From a virus (taxonomy: Duplodnaviria > Caudoviricetes), in IMG/VR virus record IMGVR_UViG_3300013830_000006, positions 31,577 to 95,576 of that record: a stretch of 64,000 nucleotides of DNA. One strand, 5' to 3'. Under the pieces are notes generated by a model. It saw nothing but the letters and a program-made list of their open reading frames with translations, did no database searches and had not been told where the DNA came from. Every line of letters starts with the position of its first letter. The stretch's first letter is position 1. Shown one piece after another: positions 49,713 through 59,213 of the stretch. Made by a program: the position numbers and the translations under genes.

Positions 49713-50586
49713 AGAGTTTATTTCTCCTATCTGTTATTTTGGCTTTCATAGCTAATAGGTTATTGATATAAGATCGTTTCGCATCAACTATTTTACAGAA
49801 ACGATCTGAAAGAATGTTTAACGATTTAACTCTATCGTATAGAGTATACCATTCGTTTGCACTTATTAAAAATTTTGTTCCAAAAATATTCTGTACCAGA
49901 TTTTTAGTACAGGAATCCCATAATTTCACGTCTTCTGGATAAAAATGCGAAATCACTGTTCTATCCGAATCGAATATATTAGCTTGTGGAACAATATGCA
50001 GATAATCAATAAATTCTCCGCGTGTATAATTAGTAAGATTATCTAAAAGATATTCTTCCGGATACGAGATTTTTTCTTTGCTTTGTGATAACAAATGATT
50101 GTATGTATTAAGCAGTATCGAACTATCAGTTTGATTAAGTACAATCACACCGGCATTATATCCATATCCTTTTTCTCGATGATGTCTGGAACCTATTATA
50201 TTTGTAGTCGTGTCTGTCAGAAATACTGAGAGATTACCACGTATAAGTATATCAATATCCAGATATAAAATATGTTTTTCACCTGATGCCCAAAATTTAA
50301 TCTTATGTTCAAGTACCTCAGTATGAGCAGCATAGGCAGTTTGCTCTCTATCATCGAGTGTGACATATTTGTCATTACCTGACTGAGTATACGCTTCTAC
50401 TATTACATTAGGAAAATATTTAGATACTGTATATTTGTATACTGTGAATTTTTCTTCAGGAAAATTTACGCAATGCGCGTGAAGAATCTTATCTGAATTA
50501 TACTGATTAAACGATGCAAAAAATACATAACTCAAATCAGCATACCATTCATCAAAAGCACAGAAAATATAAAAGTCAGTTTTCAT
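49696..50586 (-). CDS. GT8-like glycosyltransferase
   Basis: LYLDIDIL, YNAGVIVLN, YPEEYLL and SHFY motifs. Confidence 0.8.
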   Translation of the reverse strand: MKTDFYIFCAFDEWYADLSYVFFASFNQYNSDKILHAHCVNFPEEKFTVYKYTVSKYFPNVIVEAYTQSGNDKYVTLDDREQTAYAAHTEVLEHKIKFWASGEKHILYLDIDILIRGNLSVFLTDTTTNIIGSRHHREKGYGYNAGVIVLNQTDSSILLNTYNHLLSQSKEKISYPEEYLLDNLTNYTRGEFIDYLHIVPQANIFDSDRTVISHFYPEDVKLWDSCTKNLVQNIFGTKFLISANEWYTLYDRVKSLNILSDRFCKIVDAKRSYINNLLAMKAKITDRRNKLYGSVL

Positions 50587-51424
50587 GTAATTCTAACTTA
50601 TCATATTTATTATAGAGATATTGTTTTTGAATCAGTCGATTATATATAATCTGTTTTAAAAAATTCATATGTGGTGTTTTTACCAAACATTTCTTAATAG
50701 CTTTGAGAAGTTCTTTATCTTCTGCTATCAGATAATATTCATTTAAGAATATGAATGTTTCATCAAAAGTATCTTCATCATGATCGGTATCAGTTCTATA
50801 GATATCAAACAATACAACTTTATAATCAAACCTGTATGTATTAAACAGATTATCGCAAAGTAAATTGTTTAATACTATTTTCTGATCACAGATTACATTT
50901 AAAGCAATTCTATCGGTATAAAGTTGAGCATCGGGGGGCAAAACAACTGTTGCTAATTCAGTTAAATTATTAGGAATATTCTTTTTATTTAAAATCAAAA
51001 ATGCACCATCCAAATAAATGAATTCCGTTCTGATAATATCATAAGAATCATTCACCAGATTTATATCAAACATCGGATCAACCGCTGATCCGCACATTTG
51101 CCAGTTAGGTTTTTTATTTAAGTCAAGTAAATTCCGATCAATCGATTCTCTGCAGAAGCATCTATCATCCGCAATGATAATATAATCAGTATCAGTTAAC
51201 AGCAAATCGTCTATCTTTTTAAGAAATGATAATCTATAATTTCCATTATACGGTAAAAGTTCTTCACAAATGCAACCTTCAATGTCATCCGGTTTAGTTG
51301 ATGCAGCTACAATTACAAACTTATAGCAGATATCTTTACTGTTATTAACTTTCTTAAAGCTTTTTAAAAACGTTTTAAGCTGATTTCTAAATCGCTCATA
51401 GATCAATACAGTAACATTAATCAT
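50576..51424 (-). CDS. Divergent GT8-like glycosyltransferase
   Basis: IIADDR, YLDGAFLILN and TDRIALN appear in GT8 motif order. Confidence 0.6.
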   Translation of the reverse strand: MINVTVLIYERFRNQLKTFLKSFKKVNNSKDICYKFVIVAASTKPDDIEGCICEELLPYNGNYRLSFLKKIDDLLLTDTDYIIIADDRCFCRESIDRNLLDLNKKPNWQMCGSAVDPMFDINLVNDSYDIIRTEFIYLDGAFLILNKKNIPNNLTELATVVLPPDAQLYTDRIALNVICDQKIVLNNLLCDNLFNTYRFDYKVVLFDIYRTDTDHDEDTFDETFIFLNEYYLIAEDKELLKAIKKCLVKTPHMNFLKQIIYNRLIQKQYLYNKYDKLELHEN

Positions 51425-52582
51425 TTAAATAAATCCTCCGGTAACTTGGACACCGTGCGAGAAATATACACCTTTTGAAGCATCTACTGCAATATCCCAA
51501 ACAATAACACATTTGTCCACATCGGCGTATGTATATTTATATGTACCACCACTCGATGATGTCTGTACATATGTCGAACTTACTACAGTTCTATAGCTAT
51601 ATCGTTCCTGATGTTCTCCTACTTTATATACGCCATAAACCGTTCCATTGCCGTCATTACCTTCTTCTTCTCCGCCCCTAGTAGTAACTCCACACCAAAA
51701 CACTTTACCATTCATACGTGCTGGCCACTGAAACATTTCCGCTTTTCTATAATGATAATAATCATAACTGCTTGTAGAACCAGTAGATACTCGAGTACGA
51801 GTATCATACACCCAATATCTGGCATTCCAACCAGTATCTTTGCTTACATATCTGTCAGCATAATCAGTCGCATTGGATGTATCCCACACCTGTACCCGAA
51901 TATTATAGCCACCAGTATCCTGTAATTGCACAGTTACACTACGAGTCTGACCGTTAACAGTATTATAAATATATCCATCTTTGACAACAACATTTCGATT
52001 ACTACCTGTTTTTACTTGATAGTATAATCTATCATTATCAGAATCGCTGCACCAAAAAGTTATTGTAACTCTCCCATCGAAAGACGGACTGGGAGTATAA
52101 TTCGTTATAGTAACATAAGGTGCTCTGTTAGGATTATACCAGGTTACACCAACAGTATTGGAAGTAGCTCTTCCGCCATAAGGATCAGATACTGTACAAT
52201 TATAATAATTAGTAGTATTAGAAGCTGATACTGTTATAGTTCTTGAAGTAGCACCAGTATTCCATCTATAAGATAAACTGTCTCCATCTGGATCAGAAGC
52301 ATATGCTGTGATTGTTACCCAAGAACCATTAGCTATTCTATTCGAACTTGCTCCAACGGTTACAGAAGGATTGTGATTAATAAACGTTCTTGAAACTGCT
52401 GCTCTATAATCTCCTACTTTTAATGCACCAAGTGTATAACGCCATCTGTTATAATCTACTGTTGAATTTATATTTCCTCTAAAAAGAGGTACATAACCAG
52501 CACCATGAATAATTAAACTTGGCGTAGTCACCTTATCTCCGAGTAACAAATAAGGCGAATTATTTGTTCGTATTGTAGCCAT
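51425..52582 (-). CDS. Ig-like (PKD-type) domain virion/fibre protein, Ser/Thr-rich
   Basis: Two NxxPxV...SDPDGDSLSYRW / SDSDNDRLYY Ig-like modules. Confidence 0.65.
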   Translation of the reverse strand: MATIRTNNSPYLLLGDKVTTPSLIIHGAGYVPLFRGNINSTVDYNRWRYTLGALKVGDYRAAVSRTFINHNPSVTVGASSNRIANGSWVTITAYASDPDGDSLSYRWNTGATSRTITVSASNTTNYYNCTVSDPYGGRATSNTVGVTWYNPNRAPYVTITNYTPSPSFDGRVTITFWCSDSDNDRLYYQVKTGSNRNVVVKDGYIYNTVNGQTRSVTVQLQDTGGYNIRVQVWDTSNATDYADRYVSKDTGWNARYWVYDTRTRVSTGSTSSYDYYHYRKAEMFQWPARMNGKVFWCGVTTRGGEEEGNDGNGTVYGVYKVGEHQERYSYRTVVSSTYVQTSSSGGTYKYTYADVDKCVIVWDIAVDASKGVYFSHGVQVTGGFI

Positions 52583-52643
52583 TTAAAACCTCATTAAAAC
52601 TTTAGCAGTTACTAGAGTATGACAACTCTAGTAACTTACTTAT

Positions 52644-53654
52644 TCAACCAACAGTAACATAATAATTTGAAATATAAAATCCAGCATTATTGGTAGATCT
52701 TTGAGCGTAAGTTGATACATCAGCAAAATTAGCATGATTAGCATTGGTAGCTGTATCAGCATTACCATTCAAATTAGCTTTAATTACTGCTGGAAGTTTA
52801 ATCATAGCGTTAGTTGTACCATCAAAAGTGGCAGCAATACCAGTATTGGTACCATATGCATCCTGAACGTTAATAGTTCTCGGCGTATTTAATTTAGTAG
52901 CAGATGATGCTACACCAGTTGTATTGACATCAATAGTATCAGGAAGTTTAATGGTAATAGGTTTAGAACCATCGAATTTAACGTTATCACCAGTGTGAGC
53001 TCCGGTACTATCCTTAATATTAATAACAACAGGATTAATTAATTTTGTAGCCGTATCTGAATTGCCTGTAACATTTCCCTTAACATTACCGGTTACATTA
53101 CCTTTAAGATCTGCAGTTATTGTAGAAGGTAATACAAAGTTAGTATTGCCACCAGTTATTCTGATACTATTACCTGTATGTTCATTAGTTGCATCGCTAA
53201 TGGTAATATTAGGCCTATTAAGAATATCATCAAACTGTCCAGTATGACCAACAGCTGAAACATCTTTGTCGTATATCTTCAGTGCTACATCAGCTTCTAA
53301 TGCAGTTAATCTATCATTCTGAACATTGTTAACTTCAACAGCATTTCTTAATCTTAAATCAAAATCATTCAAGTTATCAGTAATTCTTTTATCAGTAGCA
53401 TCCGTTTTCTTGGTTATATCATCTTTAAATGAATCTAATTGATTCTGAAGTTCATTATTTCCTTCAGCAAGCAATATACGAAGATCCGGATGCGATGATT
53501 CAGATTCATTATGCTCAGTAAGAGCAGTTAAATTCTGATCATATAAATCTGTCAATAATTTAATCTTTTCAAGGAGTTTTCTGATATACTCCACTAATTC
53601 GTTGTGGTCTTGTAATTCTTGGTGACCTAATTGTACGGTAGTCTCATCGGACAT
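52644..53654 (-). CDS. Tail fibre protein
   Basis: LKGNVTGNVKGNVTGNSDTATKL, ASSATKLNTPRTIN, FDGS/FDGT and GNADTAT fibre repeats. Confidence 0.8.
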   Translation of the reverse strand: MSDETTVQLGHQELQDHNELVEYIRKLLEKIKLLTDLYDQNLTALTEHNESESSHPDLRILLAEGNNELQNQLDSFKDDITKKTDATDKRITDNLNDFDLRLRNAVEVNNVQNDRLTALEADVALKIYDKDVSAVGHTGQFDDILNRPNITISDATNEHTGNSIRITGGNTNFVLPSTITADLKGNVTGNVKGNVTGNSDTATKLINPVVINIKDSTGAHTGDNVKFDGSKPITIKLPDTIDVNTTGVASSATKLNTPRTINVQDAYGTNTGIAATFDGTTNAMIKLPAVIKANLNGNADTATNANHANFADVSTYAQRSTNNAGFYISNYYVTVG

Positions 53655-53766
53655 AATGCATCTCCTTTTAACTATACAATCGGTTATATAAGTCACTTCA
53701 TGCCTAATTCATAATTTCAGAAATACCGTCGAATATGTTTTGGATTGTTACTACTAGGAGAACTTT

Positions 53767-55119
53767 ATGCTTCTTGACAAAATGAGAGGTGAAACCAGTT
53801 TTTGTCCTTATGTCAATACTGGTACTTTATTTGATTTAGCAACTGGTGCATTTAAACCAGGTGTCAACGATAGCTGGATACTTAATGGCGGATTATCTCA
53901 GTGCACTGGTATAAGTGGAAGAGCAAGTACTTACAAATCAGGATTAGCCGGAAGTTTATTAGCTCGTGCTCTTAACGTTTATCCTGATGCTGAAGCAATA
54001 GTTTACGAAACCGAAGGAACTATTGCTGATAGTTCCCGCTACGATAATTTTGTCCCTATTGATCAACATGTATCTGACAGAATAGTATTCAGGAACACTA
54101 CCGACTATAGTCTTACTGATTTTTATGATGATTTTGTTAAATTGGTTAATGACAAGATAAGTCATAAGAAGGATTACTATGTCGAATCGCCATTCAAAGA
54201 TCCAAAAACAAACAAACCGCTCAAATGTTGGATGCCTACTTTCATACTTATTGACAGTTTTAGCAGAGCAAAGTCCAATAAATCTGATGATCAGATCGCT
54301 AACAATAATATTGATGCTAGTAGTGTAAACAGCTATTATCTGTACGATGGTAATATTAAGACCAGAATCATGGAAGATTTACCTGCAAGAGCAAGTAAAG
54401 CAGGTATTTATGTTATCATGACTGCACATGTAGGAGACAAAATGGATCTCGATCCATATAGACCATCTCCTAAGCAATTGCAGTATATGAAGAATAACGA
54501 TGTCATGAAAAATGTAGGTAGTAAGTTTGAATTTCTTACTACCTGTCTTATTCAGACATTAAAAGCTACTTCTATGCAAACCAATGATAAGAAATGTTTG
54601 TATCCTTTAGGTAACAAATCTTCTGATGTAGAAGTCAACTGTGTTGACACTATGATGGTACGATGCAAGAACAATGCTGGAGGATATCTGGTTCCTTTTG
54701 TTCTTAGTCAGTATCAAGGTTTACTCGATACTGTAACTAACTTCCAGTTCTTAAGAGATCATAAAAATTACGGCATGAATGTTCAAGGCAACAATCAGAA
54801 GTTTAATCCTTACATACTTCATGATACTACTATTACCAGAACAAATATTCGTGAAATAAGTGATGATTATAAATTAAGAAGAGCTTTGGAACTTACTGCA
54901 CAATTGTGCTTTATTCAAAATCTCTGGGGTACATTCTTTTTACCTGATTTTATCAATGTTCCTCCTGAGAAATTTGCAGAAGCATTAAGTAAAAGTGAAA
55001 AATGCTCTGTTGATAGAGTACTTAACAGTACTGGTACTTGGACATTTGGTAAACAGGAACGTGAACGTTTAACTATTCTTGATGTACTTTTTCTTCTTAA
55101 TAAAGAAAAACTAATATAA
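53767..55119 (+). CDS. RecA/UvsX-like recombinase (phiKZ gp152-like)
   Basis: NTGTLFD, GISGRASTYKS P-loop, YETE and ILIDSFS Walker B. Confidence 0.75.
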   Translation: MLLDKMRGETSFCPYVNTGTLFDLATGAFKPGVNDSWILNGGLSQCTGISGRASTYKSGLAGSLLARALNVYPDAEAIVYETEGTIADSSRYDNFVPIDQHVSDRIVFRNTTDYSLTDFYDDFVKLVNDKISHKKDYYVESPFKDPKTNKPLKCWMPTFILIDSFSRAKSNKSDDQIANNNIDASSVNSYYLYDGNIKTRIMEDLPARASKAGIYVIMTAHVGDKMDLDPYRPSPKQLQYMKNNDVMKNVGSKFEFLTTCLIQTLKATSMQTNDKKCLYPLGNKSSDVEVNCVDTMMVRCKNNAGGYLVPFVLSQYQGLLDTVTNFQFLRDHKNYGMNVQGNNQKFNPYILHDTTITRTNIREISDDYKLRRALELTAQLCFIQNLWGTFFLPDFINVPPEKFAEALSKSEKCSVDRVLNSTGTWTFGKQERERLTILDVLFLLNKEKLI

Positions 55120-55479
55120 TAATATGTTAGTATTATACAAGTTATTCTGACTCTTTTAGCTTGTATATAAGTTAAGCCTGCCCCTTAACTTCTTACTAAC
55201 TGCTCCTTATAAATTCATTCATAATTTACTCCTCGATTTTGGGCCAGACTGTAAAAGGTCTGACCCTTTTTAAGATTTTTTATGCCATAATTGATTAAAT
55301 ACTATATAGTATATAATGGAACAATAAATCAGGCTATCTATTACTTTAGCTGGGCAATAGGAATTCAGACCGGTCACCTGAATTCAACCTGGTTTATTGG
55401 TCTGAAGCATTTTAATCCTGAAACTGTAACAAAATCTACTCTACTCCCTTAAACAAGGAGTAGAGTAGACCTGTTATTT

Positions 55480-55683
55480 TTATTTGGTTACTAATGTCTT
55501 AGCTAAATACTCAGGAATCGTATAACGTTTCTCATGGCACATATACACTTTCTTGAAATCTTTAGCATTAGCATTATCAGCTACATTACGAATCTCTTTA
55601 AACTCTGATCTCTCATACACATAATCAGTATCGAATACTGTCTTAGACGTATTCGTAGTCTGAACAATACCATTATCTGTCAT
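55480..55683 (-). CDS. Small hypothetical protein
   Basis: 67-aa ORF with GGAG SD, followed by a terminator hairpin (about 55435..55469). Confidence 0.55.
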   Translation of the reverse strand: MTDNGIVQTTNTSKTVFDTDYVYERSEFKEIRNVADNANAKDFKKVYMCHEKRYTIPEYLAKTLVTK

Positions 55684-55696
55684 CTTGTACTCTCCA

Positions 55697-56878
55697 TTAA
55701 CGAGCTAAGTATATCAGACGTGAACCACAGGTCTGAGGAGAAGCAGTAGTAGTAATGCTGCTATTACGATAGAATACGCCAGAATATAAAGCACTTGCGT
55801 AGTATCCACCAAATGCAGTGATTACTCCATTTCTATTCTCAAACGAACCATAATCAGAATAATACGAAGCTGAAGATCCTTCTACTACAGTAGGAACAAA
55901 AATAGCGCCATTAGCTAACAGCATCTTGCTTACAAATCCATTATAGTTAGTAGTAGGGCCAACAGCAACTACTTCATATTTATCAAAAGTATCATTACAA
56001 GCTGAAACAGTAGGAGCTAACTTAATGTTACCCATAGAGTCAATACCGATACCATCTTCAAGGGTCTGAGTATTACCCCAGAAAGACTCTAATCCGCAGA
56101 ACTTAACATGATGATTAGCATCAGTCTGTACAGAACCAGTGCACAGTTCTGAATTCATACCGTATGCATCTGAACCACCCGAAATAAGAGGGGCAGTATG
56201 CGAAGCAACAGTATAACCAGAACCAACTACTGACTGGGAATTGGTATGTCTGAAGATTAAGCAGTAAATGCACTGTAACAGAGTATCAATAGAATAGGTC
56301 ACAATGCTATATCCAATACCTCTGGCTTTAGCATATTTTCTATAAGTTCCCAGAGCAGCACCAGTAGTAGGTACTTTACCAGATACTGAATATAACTTGT
56401 TATCTTTGGCATAAGCTTCGTAAGCACCTACATATAACTTAGATGAATCATTGTAAGTATCGCAGGAGAATGCTCTGTAATCAAATCCGGTAGCATGAGA
56501 TTTCTTGGTAATAGTAACACAGGCTCTGGTATCAGATAACTTAACACATCTGATTCCCATACGGGGAATCTCAATCATGACATCATTACCTGGAGTAACA
56601 ATATCGGCATTGATACCATCAGCAGTGTATCTGAAATTGTTAGGATTGAGATAGTACAGTACTGTTCCTTCATGTACTACACAAGGCTTAATACCAAGTG
56701 CGGTCATCCACTCAGCAGGAGTAGAAGGCTCGTATACCTCATTAAGAGTTATGATGCTGACAGGATCTGACTTAGACTGATCAATGATAAATGAATACTC
56801 TTTACCTACCTTCTCATTGATACGCTTATTGATCTCAGCCATCAGAATAGGTAAGTCTTCTTCATAAAGAACTGCCAT
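55697..56878 (-). CDS. Putative receptor-binding/virion protein with Mtd/FGE-like C-type lectin C-terminus
   Basis: MIEIP, YVGAYEA, GLESFWGN and C-terminal GGYY...SGVF...GSRL pattern. Confidence 0.6.
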   Translation of the reverse strand: MAVLYEEDLPILMAEINKRINEKVGKEYSFIIDQSKSDPVSIITLNEVYEPSTPAEWMTALGIKPCVVHEGTVLYYLNPNNFRYTADGINADIVTPGNDVMIEIPRMGIRCVKLSDTRACVTITKKSHATGFDYRAFSCDTYNDSSKLYVGAYEAYAKDNKLYSVSGKVPTTGAALGTYRKYAKARGIGYSIVTYSIDTLLQCIYCLIFRHTNSQSVVGSGYTVASHTAPLISGGSDAYGMNSELCTGSVQTDANHHVKFCGLESFWGNTQTLEDGIGIDSMGNIKLAPTVSACNDTFDKYEVVAVGPTTNYNGFVSKMLLANGAIFVPTVVEGSSASYYSDYGSFENRNGVITAFGGYYASALYSGVFYRNSSITTTASPQTCGSRLIYLAR

Positions 56879-56907
56879 TGTGTAAATCTCCAATAAAATT
56901 GAATCAT

Positions 56908-57225
56908 TTAATTACTGTTCTTTTGTTCATTAAGATGGTCTATCGATGTTTCGTAGTAGGTAATAGTCTGTCTTAATGATTCAATATAGTTGTTTAATAA
57001 CGAGAAATTAATTTGTAAATTTTTAAAATTGGTTTTATCTTCCAATGATTTATTAGGATTGAGTTTCATCAAGGTAGGAGGAGTAGGAGCTTCTATTTTT
57101 TCAGGAGTCATGACTACATATTCTATCTTGGGTACTTCCTGTACAGTAGAACAGCTACTTAATACTACTGAGAGAATTGTTGATGAAATCAATACCTTTA
57201 GAATAGGTAGTTTTTGACACCTCAT
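56908..57225 (-). CDS. o-spanin (Rz1-like lipoprotein)
   Basis: Lipobox LSSC, Pro-rich segment, overlaps the 3' end of the i-spanin gene. Confidence 0.75.
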   Translation of the reverse strand: MRCQKLPILKVLISSTILSVVLSSCSTVQEVPKIEYVVMTPEKIEAPTPPTLMKLNPNKSLEDKTNFKNLQINFSLLNNYIESLRQTITYYETSIDHLNEQKNSN

Positions 57226-57580
57226 TCGATCCCTCCTTAGTTACTTTTTCCGTAGATGATTGGTCATCCATAATCGAACTTATTTCCAACAATTCTTTAA
57301 CCTGTTTGGTACTTGTTTCTCTGCAATTACTATACATAGCGTTAACATCATCTATTACAACATCTTTAGCTTTAAGCTCTCTATCTAAAGATCTGATGTT
57401 GCTGCTTAAAGTACCATTGATTTGCTGTAATGTCCTAATTGCGTATTCCTTGGATTCTACTTCGTTTTTGAGATATGTTATCCTAAGTTGTATAGCACAA
57501 ACTGCAACAACAATTAAGACTATGTACAGATATTTACTCTTAAAAAATTTAAGAATATAAGGTAATATAGTTGTCCACAT
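57155..57580 (-). CDS. i-spanin (Rz-like)
   Basis: N-terminal transmembrane helix followed by a coiled coil. Confidence 0.75.
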   Translation of the reverse strand: MWTTILPYILKFFKSKYLYIVLIVVAVCAIQLRITYLKNEVESKEYAIRTLQQINGTLSSNIRSLDRELKAKDVVIDDVNAMYSNCRETSTKQVKELLEISSIMDDQSSTEKVTKEGSNEVSKTTYSKGIDFINNSLSSIK

Positions 57581-57690
57581 ACCTCAATAGTCTCCCTATT
57601 TATCTGCTTAGATACTCATAAAATGAGGCTGATGAAGTAGTTCTGTCGTTAAGACAGAACTACTTCTTAGCCGAGCATGATTTGAATGAC

Positions 57691-58176
57691 TTAATATTGG
57701 GAAACAGCATTCTTTCTTACGACATGGATATATTCACCGTGAGATAATGGCAGAAAATCAGCATACTCCTGAAGCAAGGCAGTAGCGAAATCGTCGTTAT
57801 AATTTCCTTTCCAGACTATTTCTTTAACACCACAGCCTATGAGAAGTTTAGTACAGGTTGTACAAGGTTTAGTAGTACAGAATACTGTACAATCTTTTAA
57901 CTTCTCACCAAGATGGATAACCAGATTCTGTTCTGCATGAATAGCTCTGCAGATATCAGTCATCTGTCCGGAAGGAATATGCTTAATGCATCTGATACAA
58001 GTCTCTTTAGTGCAGTGAGTAAAACCAACAGGTGCTCCATTGTATCCAGTACCTACGATTCTATGCTGCTCATCTACTGCAACTGCTCCTACCTTGCGTC
58101 TGACGCAGGTTGATCTGGTTGCTACCATCTCAGCAATGTCCATGAAATACTTTTCCCAGGAAACTCTTTCTTCCAT
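57691..58176 (-). CDS. dCMP deaminase
   Basis: RSTCVRRKVGAV, TGYNG, HAEQN and PCTTC motifs. Confidence 0.92.
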   Translation of the reverse strand: MEERVSWEKYFMDIAEMVATRSTCVRRKVGAVAVDEQHRIVGTGYNGAPVGFTHCTKETCIRCIKHIPSGQMTDICRAIHAEQNLVIHLGEKLKDCTVFCTTKPCTTCTKLLIGCGVKEIVWKGNYNDDFATALLQEYADFLPLSHGEYIHVVRKNAVSQY

Positions 58177-58252
58177 AATTCAATTCCTTATGTAGTAATA
58201 ACTATCTTATTATTACATTTAATTTTTAGTTAAATTATTGTTGAGGTAAAAT

Positions 58253-59203
58253 ATGAATAACCTCAGTACCGACTATATATCAGGATTCAATGATTATAGT
58301 TCATACAGATTTGAAGGTTTTACCGACAGAAACATGACAGACATTCTGAGTATCTTGAATACTATCAGTAAAGATGACAGATATCAGAAAATGTCTACAT
58401 TATTAGATACTCTCAGACAGCACCTACTTGCTACAGATAATGCTCATGATTTCGATTTAACAGATATGAGTGCTGAAGTTATATCTACTCTATATAAATT
58501 GTATAGAAAACACGGATATAAAGGATCAGTCAAGGATATGCTCAATGCTGTCAATAAAGAAGTTAAACTTGGGGATCCTGCTGATGTAGCAGCAGGTATA
58601 AATGATACTAAAACCGAAACAGCCGTTGATTTTCATAAAACTATTTCTGATCACTATTGCAAAGAATATGCTCATCGCAATATATCAGATACTATAACAC
58701 CTGCTATTTGTGTTACTCGTTATCCGTATATCAATATAGACAGATATAGTAATCAATCTATTAAATTATACAATATTGATAATTTGATGATTTATGGTTC
58801 TATACTATTTGAGTATTGGTATAACCGTATCAAAAATCAGGGTGAACTCTTTAGAGTAGGATTCAAAGAAGCTACTATTATTTTTAAGGCTACTAATACC
58901 GGAATTGATGTGATACGCTCCACGGTATTAGATGATTCAATAGTTCTTCATCTTGATTATCCTAAAGATTCATCTATCAACCGATATGTATTCTCGTTTA
59001 ATGAGAAAGGGATAACATTAAGAGATGAAATCAACACTGTTAATTCAGAAAATTATACACTTTCCTATGGCAGTAGTTTATCTCTGCCTGATACTATTCT
59101 TCCTATTGGTAATGGGAGTTTGTACAGGCGTGATGGCATCAATAGGATTGCTGTATATGATTACGATTTATCCGATGAAGAGAAAACTTACCTCTTAAAT
59201 TAG
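58253..59203 (+). CDS. Putative virion/fibre-associated protein
   Basis: N-terminus paralogous to 59214..60971; His-pair motifs. Confidence 0.55.
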   Translation: MNNLSTDYISGFNDYSSYRFEGFTDRNMTDILSILNTISKDDRYQKMSTLLDTLRQHLLATDNAHDFDLTDMSAEVISTLYKLYRKHGYKGSVKDMLNAVNKEVKLGDPADVAAGINDTKTETAVDFHKTISDHYCKEYAHRNISDTITPAICVTRYPYINIDRYSNQSIKLYNIDNLMIYGSILFEYWYNRIKNQGELFRVGFKEATIIFKATNTGIDVIRSTVLDDSIVLHLDYPKDSSINRYVFSFNEKGITLRDEINTVNSENYTLSYGSSLSLPDTILPIGNGSLYRRDGINRIAVYDYDLSDEEKTYLLN

Positions 59204-59213
59204 GAGATCTTTA

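Noticed and set aside
45478-51424. Bacterial LPS/capsule locus (host contamination or prophage flank)
   Set aside because: Genes are interleaved and coupled with phage fibre genes; no flippase, polymerase or other host genes nearby
55241-55266. tRNA-Tyr-like anticodon sequence CAGACTGTAAA
   Set aside because: No D arm, T-loop (GTTCRA) or acceptor stem; it is a simple hairpin
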